Positions 23,787-36,074 of a stretch of 59,672 nucleotides of DNA are shown piece by piece. Every line of letters starts with the position of its first letter. Positions within the stretch are counted from its first letter, which is position 1. The notes under the pieces were generated by a model. The model saw only the letters and a program-made list of their open reading frames with translations, was not told the origin of the DNA and did no database searches. Both the position numbers and the translations under genes were made by a program. The stretch is from Chiloscyllium plagiosum (Eukaryota). The DNA lies in contig NC_057720.1 of NCBI RefSeq assembly GCF_004010195.1, positions 24,302 through 83,973 of the forward strand, given 5' to 3'.

Positions 23787-24962
23787 AGAGTCATAGAGTC
23801 ATAGAGGTGTACAGCACAGAAACAGACCCTTCGGTCCAACCCGTCCATGCCAACCAGATATCCCAACCCAATCTAGTCCCACCTGCCAGCACCTGGCCCA
23901 TATCCCTCCAAACCCTTCCTATTCATATACCCATGCAAATGTCTCTTAAGTGTTGCAATTGTACCAACCTCCACCACTTCCTCTGGCAGCTCATTCCATA
24001 CACGTACCACCCTCTGTGTGAAAAAGTTGCCCCTGAGGTGTCTTTTATGTCTTTCCCCCCTCACCCTAAACCTATGCCCTCTAGTTCTGGGCTCCCCCAC
24101 CCCAGGGAAAAGACTGTTTATTTATCCTATCCATGTCCCTCATGATTTTATAAATCCCTATTAGGCCACCCCTCAGCCTGCAACGCTCCAGGGGAAACAG
24201 CCCCAGCCTGTTCAGCCTCTCCCTGTAGCTCAAATCCTCCAACCCTGGCAACATCCTTGTAAATCTTTTCTGAACCCTTTCAAGTTTCACAACATCTTTC
24301 CGATAGGAAGGAGACCAGAATTGCACGCAATATTCCAACAGTGGCCTAACCAATGTCCTGTACAGCCGCAACATGACCTCCCAACTCCTGTACTCAATAC
24401 TCTGACCAATAAAGGAAAACATACCAAATGCCTTCTTCACTATCCTATCTAACTTCGACTCTACTTTCAAAGAGCTATGAACCTGCACACCAAGGTCTCT
24501 TTGTTCAGCAACACTCCCTAGGACCTTACCATTAAGTGTATAAGTTCTGCGAAGATTTGCTTTCCCAAAATGCAGCACCTTGCATTTATCTGAATTAAAC
24601 TCCATCTTCATGACCTCAGGACTCCGGAACTCAATTCCTCTACCAATAAAAGCCAGGAATTAAACTCCATCTGCCACTTCTCTGCCCATTGGCCCATGTG
24701 GTCCAGATCCTGTTGTAATTTGACGTAACCTTCTTCACTGTCCAATACACCTTCAATTTTGTTGTCATCTCCAAACTTACTAACTGTACCTCTTATACTC
24801 GAATCCAAATCATTTATATAAAATATAAAAAGTAGAGGACCCAGCACCGATCCTTGTGGCACTCCACTGGTCACAGGCCTCCAGTCTGAAAAACAATCCA
24901 CCACCATCACCCTCTGTCTTCTACTTTTGAGCCAGTTCTCTAGCCAAATGGTTAGTTCTCCC
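23787..24962 (-). mobile_element. CR1 3' half nested antisense in another CR1
   Basis: PQGSVLGPLLF, LEYCVQFWSP and RGNFFTQRVV motifs; (agagtcat)n tail. Confidence 0.9.
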
Positions 24963-25623
24963 TTGATGGGAAATATTCATCCTGGAGTTCAGTTACTACT
25001 GGGATACCGCAAGGATCTGTTTTTGGTCCACTGTTGTTTGTCATTTTTATAAACGGCCTGGATGAGGACGAAGAAGGATGGGTTAGTAAATTTGTGGATG
25101 ACACTGTGGTCAGTGGAGTTGTGCATAGTGCCAAAGGATATTGCAGGTTATCAAAGGACATTGATGAGTTGCAGAGCTGGGTTGAGAGGTGGCAAATAGA
25201 TTTTATTGCTGGGGCTTGGAAGGAAGAACAGGAATGCAGAGAACTGGGCTAATGATATCATTCTTGGTAGTGTAGATGAGCAGAAAGATCTCAGTGTCCA
25301 GTTACATAGATCCTTCAAAGTTGCCACCCAAGTTGATTGGGTTGTTAAGAAGGCATATGGTGTGTTAGCTTTTATTGATAGAGGTATTGAGTTTTGGAGC
25401 TATGAGGTCATGCTGCAGCTGTACAAAACTCTGGTGTAGCTGCATTTGCAGTACTATATACAGTTCTGGTCACCATATTATAAGAAGGATGTGGAAGCTT
25501 TGGAAAGGGTTCAGAGATTTACTAGGATGTTGCCTGGTATGGAGGGAAGGTCTTATGAGGAAAAGCTGAGGGACTTGAAGCTGTTTTTGCTAGACAGAAG
25601 AAGGTTAAGAAGTGACTTAACTG

Positions 25624-26275
25624 TGTCATAAAGCTAGTCCATTTTTTATCTAAAAGCTGTTCCTTGGCTCAAGGAGACTCTATCCTTGAGTTTTTTCACA
25701 GAGGCAATAAACCCGGCCAGGCTCCAATCAGTCTGGTTTGGTACAGAGCTGAAAATGATATTGAGAGGCCTTTTGTTTATGTGTAAACAGATGAGACTTC
25801 AGGCCAAAGTGTCATGTGTTAGAAGTGACCTGTATAATGAAAGGGGAGTGGTCAGCTCTTTAGCTGAGCTGAGCAGTTTTAGTTCAGTCCTGAACTGGTT
25901 GGAAGTTCAACAGTGAGCTGTGTGGAAATTCTCTCTCATTTCTGCTCTTCAACTTCAACCTGTAAGCATGTGTTCCATTTATACTGGTTTTAAAGGGAGT
26001 TTGCTTATTGGGACTGTTATTTATATCTGGAACAGCATAATTAAGTCTAGTCTGGATAGATTGAGTTCTGTGAGATTCTGTATTCTGTTCTTTGTGTTTT
26101 ATTGTGTAATTTTGTGCATTTTGTGTGTAATTTTTTCAGTTTTAAAATCTAGTGGTCAACCTAGCTATCTTACTCTGGGTAATTTTCACAGTACACTTAC
26201 TGTAACAAATTGCAAAGTTATGGTCGGAGTTGCCTGCTTAAGAATGTTTTGAGTGGTCTGCACTAGTCCATAACA
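25624..26275. mobile_element. Solo LTR (about 652 bp), probably of Gypsy type
   Basis: TGTCAT...ATAACA termini; 4-bp TSD ACTG/ATTG; cleanly interrupts the CR1 sequence GACTTAATTGAGACATAT. Confidence 0.75.
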
Positions 26276-26611
26276 ATTGAGACATATAAGATGATCAGAG
26301 GGTTAGATAAGTTGGACCTGTTTCCTTGGTTGGAGATTACTAGCATGAGGAGGCATACTTTAACTTAAAGCATGATAGATATAGGACAGATATCAGAGCT
26401 AGTTTCTTTATTTAGAAAGTAGTAAGGGCATGGAATGGCCTACCTGCAACAGTAGTAGACTTGCCAACTTTAAGGGCATTTAAATGGTCATTGGATAAAC
26501 ATATGGATGAAAATGGAATAGTGTAGGTTAGATGGGCTTCAGATTTTTTCCACAGGTCTGTGCAATGTTGAGGGCCGAAGGGCCTGTACTGCGCTTAATG
26601 TTCTATGTTCT

Positions 26612-26765
26612 ACTGTTTGAGTCCAGTCACTCTTCAGAACTGCTCACAAGAATCAAAACATTAACTCTGTTTGTCTCTCTTCAGGTGCTGCCAGACTTGC
26701 TGAGTTTCTCCAGCTATTTCTGATGCTTTCATACCTCCAGCATTCACCGTCTTTTGCTTCAATTT
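26612..26765. mobile_element. Family D short element in a rearranged/inverted arrangement
   Basis: Reverse complement of a degenerate ctgaagagtg...gactc-aaac motif, followed by gtgctgccagacttgctgagtttctccagc. Confidence 0.5.
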
Positions 26766-26905
26766 AGTAATTTAGAAAGCAAACCTTCCTGAAGTGCATT
26801 TTGATTGGTTATTCATTTTCAATTGTAAATGCCTCGGTGAGATTGCTTGTGTTGGTACGTTTGTGCAATTTAACAATTGGTTTAATTGACTGTGATTGAC
26901 TGAGC

Positions 26906-26986
26906 TGATAGGGAATCTCAGTGCTGCCGATGATGTGCCTGTGATAGGGAATCTCAGTGCTGCCGATGATGTGTGTGTGTGTGTGA
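26906..26986. repeat. 36-bp tandem duplication ending in (GT)n
   Basis: TGATAGGGAATCTCAGTGCTGCCGATGATGTG at 26906 and 26942. Confidence 0.9.
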
Positions 26987-27133
26987 GTCAGCAGTTGGTT
27001 AATCAAATAAAGGGTTCTCATTCTTTGCACATCAATGGAAAGCTCTCAGTCACTGAATCAATCTTCTCTCTAACTAATATTGACAGCATTCACCAGAATT
27101 CGTTTTCATGTTTCAAATTTTCTAACTTTGCAG

Positions 27134-27229
27134 ATCAATGCAATGAGCAGCTGCCAGAGGTGAACATTTACATATCTACCATTCACTCTTTCTCTTGGTC
27201 GAAAAATGTGCACTGGAAAAACACGGCAG
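27134..27229 (+). other. Candidate spliced exon (96 nt), host transcript unknown
   Basis: ttttctaactttgcAG| ... CAG|GTAAGG in non-repetitive DNA; phase 1-1 frame open (QCNEQLPEVNIYISTIHSFSWSKNVHWKNTA). Confidence 0.4.
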
Positions 27230-27244
27230 GTAAGGACACATTTG

Positions 27245-27835
27245 AGGAGCACGAGAATCGAAGTTTCGAGTATAAGCCCTTCATCAAGAAAGTGGAGTGG
27301 GGTTGTGGGCTGAGAGATAAATAGGAGGGTGGGGTTGGGGGTGGGGTTTAGGTAGCTGAGAGAGCGATAGGTGGATGCAGGTTGAGGGTAATTGTGATAG
27401 GTCAGTGAGGAAGAGTGGAGTGGATAGATATGGAGGAAGATGGACAGGTAGGACAGTAAAGAGCATGGTGCCGAACAAGTCAAGTTAAATCCCCTCCTCC
27501 CACCTAATCCCAGATCCAACTCAGCACTGCCCTCTTGAACTGTCCTACTTGTCCATCTTCCTTCCCACCTATCCGCTCTAACCTCCCCCCCGACCAATCA
27601 CCATTGCCCCTCACCTCCATCCACCTATCGCTCTCTCAGCTACCTTTCCCCCCCCCCTCCCAGCCCACCCCCACCCTCCTATTTATCTCTCAGCCCACTT
27701 CCCACTCCACATTCCTGATGAAGGGCTTTTGCCCAAAACATCGACTCCTCAGACGCTGCCTGACCGGCTTTGCTTTTCCAGTACCACACCTTCTGAATCT
27801 GACTCTTCAGCATTTGCGGTCCTCCGTTCCTCTTT
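27245..27835. mobile_element. Inverted pair of PLE pseudo-LTRs (minus about 27245-27475, plus about 27490-27835)
   Basis: The two halves are diverged reverse complements, each with a degenerate hammerhead (27260-27287 and 27715-27742). Confidence 0.8.
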
Positions 27836-29695
27836 CCCTTGGTTCAATGAGATTCTAACAATTCATGATGAATCCACTGAGCTCACGCTCTGACAGCAGT
27901 CAGAGAGAAGATCCACTTGAGAATGAATACATACACAGAATGGTCATAGCCATGACCCTAGAGGACTGTAATTGAGAGGCACCACAGTACATCTATAAAT
28001 GAAGCAATGTTGGATTACAGAAGGAGTGGTAGAGTCTTACTTAATGATAAGGGGAAAGCAGCCTCAGGGACATTGTGCAGATACCCACAGCCTGAGATAC
28101 TCCAGACCATGGATGTCAGTGTGAGGGCAGGGAGCACACTGTAACTATCCTGCTCATCAATGGTGACTCACTGTCACTCATTAAAATCATGGAGATGTTA
28201 GTACAATCACTAATCATCATTTGCCAATTCTAATAAAACAATAATGTCCGAAGGCTCTCTATTCACAACTACTCCAATAAGAAGGAAACCGAGGGCATGC
28301 ATTTGTTCCTCAGTCTGAAAACATTACCAGGAAATTGGGAAGTTAAAGCAACTGACCTCAAACTTGGTAAACACAGAGAATGGGAGAAAAGCTGTCCAGT
28401 CATGTTGCAAATGACCAGCAGCTGGCAATCAGAGTAACAACTGCAGAGCTCTTTCAGCCCAGACCAAATGTCATTGGATCAAATCAGCCACAATATTCAC
28501 AACTACAGCCATGCCTAATATTGAGGGAGAGTAGCACTGTCACAGCGTCAGTACTGAGGGAGTGCTTCATTGTCAGAAGAGAATGTATTGGTGGATGGGA
28601 ACATGGGGGCAGATGCAGTGTGCAGTGAGAGATGAAATGGTGTGGTGGTAATATTGCTAGACCACTCAGGATATACTCCCTGTGTCTGGGCTCATTTTTC
28701 AGTTGGTCCACATTTGTTTAACTTGTGGGCTCAAAGCTCTGGAGTTTCCTCTATCAATGTCTCTCAGTCTCTTGACTTCCTTTCAGAAACTCCTTCACCT
28801 TTGTCTGAACTTTTGAATATTATCCTAACATTGTTTTATGTTTCATTGTGTCAAACGTTGTCTGGTTTTGTCCTTGTGAAGCTCTTGTGTTTTTAACCAG
28901 AGTGGAGGTGCTATTGAAATATAAATTGTTGTTGAAACTCATGTGAATGCCAACATTCTGTTTTCCTGCATTTTATTGGATGTGAGGGAATGAAATCAGG
29001 AGCAACAGAGAGTGAGAGAGAGAGGAGAGAAGGGAGGAGGGACAGATAAAGAGAGAAACTGAAAGGGGCAAGAGGGATAAAAAACATAAGAAGAGTTTTC
29101 AAACTCTGACTGACAGATTCCAGTCATGGGTCACAAGAGGACAGCGGTGTTTGTGCATTGTTGTAATTGCTTTTGCAAAGAGTTTTTGTTGATTGTGTAG
29201 AGTGGAACTGAATATTCTGAAGGAGAGGGAAGGGAGCTTGCAGGAGTTCCCAAGAATGAAGAGATTAATAGCTCCAAGAGGCAGATAGTTCATCACTTGC
29301 TGTGTCAGAACCAGAATGACACTGCTCTGATCTAATTAATGTACCTTGTCATAACCACACTCAGTACACGGCAGATTGATTCCCCAGAAATGACTGACAG
29401 TGTTTCAGTATCACATTCCCAATCAATTGCATCTTCACTCAGTTTGCAGGCATGATTTCTCTCTTCAGAGAGACAGATTAATCAACCAGGAGCAGCACTG
29501 ACTCCAAAACAATCCATTAAACACCCCAAGCTGACAGTCTGTCTCTCTCTCTCTCAGCATGGTGCAACTCCGTTCTAGAACCCTTCACCCCAACACCCAG
29601 TTATCCCCCCTCCCCCTCAACCTACTCACCTCCTCATCCTAATATGCCCTCACACCGAACATCTTGAATGTTTACCTTCCCATATTACTTGCATT

Positions 29696-31092
29696 CAACA
29701 GAACACAGAACAGTACAGCACAGGCCCTTCAGCCCACCATGTCTGTGCTGACTACAATTCCATTCTGAACTAATCCCATCAGCCTGCACATCGTCCGTAT
29801 CCCTCTATTACACAGAACATAGACATAAACCCTGGAACATAACATAGAACATAGAACAATACAGCAAAGTACAGGCCTTTCGGCCCTCGATATTTTGCCA
29901 ACCTTTTATCCTACACTAAGATCAAACTAACCTACATGCTCTTTGTTGTACTATCTTTCATGTGTCTATCCAAGTCTCTTAAACATCCCTCATGTATCTG
30001 ACTCCACTATCACCAGTGCTAGCAGTGCATTCCACGCACCCGTCACTCTGTGTAAAGAACCTACCTCTGAGAAGTCCTCTAAATGTCCCTCCAATCACCT
30101 TAAAATTATGCTCGCTTGTGATAGCCAATTCTACCTGGATAACAGTCTCTGGTTATCCACTCTATCGATGCCTCTCATCATCTTGTACACCTCTATCAAT
30201 ACACCTCTCACCCTTCTTCACTCCAATGAGAAAAGCTCTAGCTTCCTCAACGTTTCTTCATAAGACATGCCCTCCAATCCAGGCAAAAGTGAGGACTGCA
30301 GATGCTGGAAACCAGAGTTTAGATCAGAGTGGTGCTGGAACAGGTCAGGCAGCATCCGAGGAGCAGGAAAATCGACGTTTCGGGCGAAAGTCCTTCATCA
30401 GGAATTCCACTCTGATCTAAACCCCATGCCGTCCTTTCCAGGCAGCAACCTGGTAAATATCCTCTGCATTCTATCTAAAGCTTCCATATCTTTCCTATAA
30501 TGAGGTGACCAGATCGGAACACAATATTCCAAGTGTGATCTAACCAGGGCTCAATAGAGCTGCAGCATAACCTCATGTCTCTTAAACTCAATCCCCTTGC
30601 TAATGAAAGCCAACACACCACACTCCTTCCTAACAACCCTATCAACTTGGGTGACAACTTTGAGAGATCTATGGACATATTCTCATGCTTGTTCATGTGT
30701 CTGTTTAAATGCCCTTTAAAGATTGCTATCATATCTGATTTTACCACCTCCCTTGGCAACATGTTCCATGCACTATCACTCTCTGTGTAAAAAAAAAACT
30801 TGCCTTGCATATCTCCTTTAAACTTTACCCCCTCATCTTAAACCTACGCCCCCTAGTGTTTGACATTTCCACCTGGGAACAAGGCTCCAACTAGCCACTC
30901 TATCCATGCCCCTCATAATTTTATATACATATATCATGTCGCGCCTCAGCCTCTGACACTCGAACAAAAACAATCTAAGTTTGTCCAATCTCTCCTCATA
31001 ACTAATCCACTTCAATCCAGGCAACATCCTCTTCACACCCTCTCCAAAGCCTCCACAACATTCCTATAGTGTGTTGACCAGAACTGTACACA
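29696..31092 (-). mobile_element. Stack of CR1 3' ends
   Basis: Several (atagaac)n tails; MLPGLKWISYEERL and AWNMLPREVV motifs. Confidence 0.8.
30285..30424 (-). mobile_element. PLE family A-related pseudo-LTR insertion with a short fold-back
   Basis: Hammerhead at 30374-30401; gtttagatcagagtgg is repeated inverted as ccactctgatctaaac. Confidence 0.8.
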
Positions 31093-31094
31093 GA

Positions 31095-31686
31095 GACTGG
31101 GGAGACTGTTAATGTTCTGGGGACCTGGGTTCAAAACCCACCATAACAAATGGATCAATTTGAATTCAATAAAAAAAGTCTGGAATTAATGATCTACTAA
31201 CGACCATGAAGCCAGCTTCAATTGTCACTAAAACCCATCGAACACTAAAAACTCATCTAATGTCATTCAGGAAAGGAATCTGCCATCCTACATGTGACTC
31301 CAAATCCACAGCAATGTGATTGACTCTCAATTGCCCTCTGAAATGGTCTAACAGCCACTCACTGGTATCAATCGCTACAAAGCCTCAAAGAAATGAAATC
31401 AGATGGACCACTCGGCATTGACCTAGGCACAGAAAAGACAACGGCAGAAACAGCCCTGTCAATCCCGCAGAGTCCCCCTCACTAACATCTGGGGGTTAGT
31501 GCCAACATTGGGAGATATGTCTCACAGACTAACCAAATAACAGCCTGACATAGTCATACTCACGAAATCAGACCCTACAGACAATGTCGAACACACCACC
31601 ATCACCATCCTGGGATATATCCTGTTCCATTGACAGGACAGACCCAGCAGAGGTGGCGGCACAGTGGGACACAGTCGGGAGGGAGT
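31095..31686 (+). mobile_element. LINE family B 5' end: tRNA-like B box, UTR and APE N-terminus
   Basis: GGTTCAAAACC at about 31128; from 31481 reads TNIWGLVP...QPDIVILTKS...QDRPSRGGGTV. Confidence 0.7.
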
Positions 31687-34600
31687 TAGAACATAGAAGG
31701 ATACAGCACAGAACAGACCCTTCAGCTCATGATGTTGTGCTGAGGATTAATCCTAATGTAAAATAAAGTAACGTAACCTACACACCCCTCGACTCACTGC
31801 TATCCATGTGCATGTCCAGCAGTCATTTAAATGTTCCCAATGACTCTGCTTCCACCACCTCAACTGGCAACGCATTCCATGCATTCACAACTCTCTGCGT
31901 AAAGAACCTACCTCTGACGTCCCCTCTATACCTTTCTCCTAATATTTTAAAACTATGACCCCTCGCACCACTCAATCCTGCCCTGGGGAAAAGTCTCTGG
32001 CTATCGACTCTATCCAAGCCTCTCATTACCTTGTATACCTCGATCAGGTCATCTGTCTTCCTCCTTCTCTCCAGAGAGAAATGTCTGAGCTTATTCAACC
32101 TCTTTTCATAAGGCAAGCCCTCCAATCCAGGCAGCATCCTGGTAAACCTTCTTTGCACCCTCTCCAAAGCTTCTGTATCTTTCCGATAGTAGGGCGACCA
32201 GAACTGGACACAATATTCCAAGTGTGGTCTCACCAGGGACTTGTAGAACTGCAGTAAAACCTCACAGCTCTTAAACTCGATCCCCCTGTTAATGAAAGCC
32301 AAAACACCATATGCTTTCTTAACAACCCTATCCACTTGGGTAAAAACAATAACTGCAGATGCTGGAAACCAGAGTCTAGATTAGAGTGGTGCTAGAAAAG
32401 CACAGCATCTGAGGAGCAGTAAAATTAACGTTTCGGGCAAAAGCCCTTCATCAGGAGTACAGGCAGAGAGCCTGAAGGGTGGAGAGATAAGTGCGAGGAA
32501 GGTGGGGGTGGGGAGAAAGTAGCATTGAGTACAATAGGTGAGTGGGGATGGGGATGAAGGTGATAGGCCAGAGAGGAGGGTGGAGTGGATAGGTGAAAAA
32601 GTGGATAGGTAAAAAAGAAGATAGGCAGGTAGGACAAGTCATGGGGACAGTGAGCTGGAAGTTTGGAACTGGGGTGAGGTGGGGAGAAGGGGAAATGAGG
32701 AAACTGGTGAAGTCCACATTGATGTCCTGGGGTTGAAGTGTTCCAAGGCGAAAGATGGGGCGTTCTTCCTCCTGGTGTCGGGTGGTGAGGGAGCAGCGGT
32801 GAAGGAGGCCCAGGACCTCCATTTCCTCTGCAGAGTGGGAGGGGGTGTTGAAATGTTGGGCCACAGGGTGGTGTGGTTTATTGGTGCGGGTGTCCCAGAG
32901 ATGTTCCCTAAAGCGCTCTGCTAGGAGGCATCCAGTCTCCCCAGTGTAGAGGAGACTGCATTGGGAGCAACGGGATGAAGGTGATAGGTCGGGGGGAGGG
33001 GTGAATGGATAGGTGGAAAAGAAGATAGGCAGGTAGGACAAGTCATGGAGACAGTGCTGATCTGGAAGTTTGGAGCTGGGGTGAGGTGGGGGAAGGGGAA
33101 ATGAGGAAACTTTTGAAGTCCACATTGAGGCCCTGGGGTTGAGTGGCAACTTTGAGGGATCTATGCACTTGAACACCAAGATCCCTCTGTTCCTCCACAT
33201 CAACTCATTTTGGGCTTCCCCTATCTGCCAAGAATCCTGTCTTTAATCCTATATTCAGCATTCAAGATCAACCTTCCAAAATGCATCACTTCGCATTTAT
33301 CCAGGTTGAATTCCATCTGCCATTTCTCAGCCCAGCTCTGCATCCTGTCTATGTTGCGCTGCAGCCTGCAATAGGCCTCGATACTATCGACAACACCTCC
33401 AACCTTTGTGCCATCTGCAAATTTACTAACCCACCCTTCAACCTTCTCATCCAAGTCAGTTACAAAAACTACAAACAGCAGAGGCCCAAAAACAGAGTCC
33501 TGCGGGACCCCACTCAACACTGACCTCCAGGCAGAATACTTACCATCTACAACCACTCTGTCTTCTGTCAGCTAATCCAGACAGCCAAATCTCCCTGTAT
33601 TTCATACCACCTGACATTATGAATGAGCCTACGAGTGGAACATTATCAAATGCCTTGCTGAAGTCCATATACACTACATCCACTGCTCGACCTGTCTTGT
33701 CACCTACTGAAAGAACTCAATCAGATTTGTTAGGTATGACCTGCACCTCACAAAGCCATGCTGACTGCCTTTAATCACACTATGCTTTTCCAAATAGTCA
33801 TAAATCCAATCCCTCAGAATTTTTTCCAAAACCTTGCTGAACACAGATGTAAGACTGACTGGTCTGTAATTGCCTGGGATTTCCCTATTAACTTTCTTGA
33901 AAAAGAGGAAGAACATTCAACTCTGTCCAATCCCCTGGTACGACTCCTGTGGAGAGTGAGGAGTCAAATATCCTCGCCAGCAACTTAGCAACCTCCTTTC
34001 TCGCTTCCTGAAGCTGCCTAGGATAAATCTGCTCTGGCCCAAAGGACTTATCAATCTTAATGTTTTCCAAAATTTCCAGCACATCAACTCATTTTGGGCT
34101 TCCCCTATCTGCTCAGACTCCACACACAAGTTCCCTACCCTATCCCTGATCGGCCCTAACTTCTCCCTGATCATTTTCTTATTCCTCACATATGAGTAAA
34201 ATTCCTTTGGGTTAGAACATAGAAAAGTACAGCACAAAACAGGCCCTTTGGCCCACGATGTTGTGCGGAGATTTAATCCTAATGTAAAATATAGTGGCTG
34301 AATCTACGTACTCCTCAACTCACTGCTATCCATGTGCATGTCCAGCAGTCGCTTAAATGTCCCCAAGGACTCTGCTTCCATCACCACAGCTTGCAACACA
34401 TTCCATGCATTCACAACTCTCTACGTAAAGAACCTACCTCTGACGTCTCCTTTATACCTTCCTCCTAATACCTTCAAACTATGACCCCTCGTACCAGTTA
34501 ATCCTGCCCTAGGGAAAAGTCTCTGGCTATTAGGGTTCTCTCTAATCCTTCCTGCCAAGCCTTTTTCGTGCCCCCTCCTGGCTCTCCTCAGGAGCTTCAG

Positions 34601-35530
34601 GAAGCGAGAAAGGAGGTTGCCATTTCTGAGCTCCTTCCTAGCAAGCCTGTAACCCTCTAAAGCTGTGCCAGATCCTTGCTTCCTCCACATTACATAAGCT
34701 CCCTTCTTCCTTTTGATGAGAAGTTCCTCTGTTCTCATCATCTTCTTAATCTTACCCCTTCTTACCTGCCTCAGAGGAACAAATTTGTGCATCACTCGCA
34801 ACACTTCTCCTTAAACAGTCTCTGCATGTCTGCTGTGCCCTTTCTGTGGAACAATTGCTCCCAGTCTGTACTTCCCAACTCCTGTCTGATAGCATCATAA
34901 TTTCCTTTTCCCCAGTTAAATATCTTCCCTCGGTAACTGCTCCTTTCCCTCTCCAAGGCTATGCTAAATGTGAGGCAGTTGTGATCACTGTCACCAAAGT
35001 GTTCTCCCATCGCGAGGTCTGACACCTGTCCTGGTGTCATTGCTGAGCACCAAATCCAAAATGACTTCTCCCCTCATTGGTAAGGAAACCCTCCTGAACA
35101 AACCTGACAAAAATGGCTCCATCCAAACTATCTGCACTAAAGAGGTTCAAGTCGATATTGGGAAAGTTGAAGTCACCCATGACAACAACCCCGCTACATC
35201 TGCATTTTTCCAAAATCTGCTGGCCTATGAGTTTTTTTGATCTCCCTACTGCTATTAGGGGATCTGTAGAAAACCCCCAATGTGGTGACTGTTTCCTTGC
35301 TGTTCCTAACTTCCACCCATACGGACTCAATAGACAAACCTTCTTCAACAACCTTTGTTTCTGTAGCTGTGTTACACTCTCTGATTAGCAATGCTACACC
35401 CCCTCCCCTTTTATCACCCTCCCCGTTCTTTTTATAAGTTCTAAACCCTGGAACATCTAGCAACCATTCCTGCCCCTGTGAAACGCACATCTCTGTTATG
35501 GCCACAACATCATAACCCCAAGTACTGAGT
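31687..35530 (-). mobile_element. CR1 LINE, most of ORF2, with a nested PLE and a nested CR1 3' end (about 34212-34530)
   Basis: APE (RGGGVALL, MGDFNFP, SDHN) and RT (NYRPVSLTS, PQDSVFGP, LEYCVQFWSP) motifs, plus tail. Confidence 0.9.
32339..33140 (-). mobile_element. PLE family A 3' fragment with a partial tandem pseudo-LTR
   Basis: LLYTGETG...AERFREH; segment about 32550-32735 repeated at about 32972-33140; hammerhead at 32427-32454. Confidence 0.88.
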
Positions 35531-35846
35531 TGCCCTAGGATTCCCTGAAAGTCCCATGGATTCAGGTTATATATGGGGAAGGAAACCTCCTGCTGAATAC
35601 CACATTCTGTCCTCCCTCAGCTAATGAATCAGTTTGTAGATAAATACCCTGATCTGTGACACGGTGAATATTGTGGGAGCTTGAATCAATGGAGCAGAAA
35701 ACTCAAGAAGGGATCATACATCACAATTTCAAAAATGGCATTTTGGATAAAAGAGCTCCTAATTGGTAAATAATGGTCAGGAAATTACATTTTCTAACCT
35801 TTAATTTCCATTAACCATTTCATTGGTTCTTCATTTTCTTCGGCAG

Positions 35847-35895
35847 CAGTTGGAATGGGAGGAGCAACAGCGAGGACTACAGGCCTCATGGGAAG
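35847..35895 (+). other. Candidate spliced exon (49 nt, NAGNAG acceptor)
   Basis: Long pyrimidine-rich tract, then ggCAG|CAG ... AAG|GTAAAT. Confidence 0.35.
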
Positions 35896-35929
35896 GTAAA
35901 TTTAAAATATATAAAAACCTACCTTGTTT

Positions 35930-36072
35930 ATAGTCATGATGTGGACTGGGGTGTACAAAGCTACAAATCACACAACACCAGGTTATAGTAAAAACAGGTT
36001 TATTTGGAAGCACTGCTCCTTCATCCGGTGGATGTGGAGTATAAGATCGTAAGACACAGAATTTATAGCAGA
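35930..36072 (-). mobile_element. PLE family C, short pseudo-LTR fragment
   Basis: Matches about 17315-17460. Confidence 0.7.
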
Positions 36073-36074
36073 AG

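Larger units (their letters stand above)
21446..26612 (+). mobile_element. Near-complete decayed CR1 LINE (ORF1 esterase C-terminal half, ORF2, 3' UTR) with three nested insertions
   Basis: IGTND and DGLHLN (SGNH); APE motifs; VPEDWRIANIV, SQHG and VDDT RT motifs; ttctatgttcta tail. Confidence 0.9.

Noticed and set aside
27206..27229. MCTGK start resembling TM4SF-family N-termini
   Set aside because: Similarity ends after 5 residues and no transmembrane segment follows.
28520..28580. CAGTACTGAGGGAGTGC fragment recalling an older SINE family
   Set aside because: Too short to assign without a database search.
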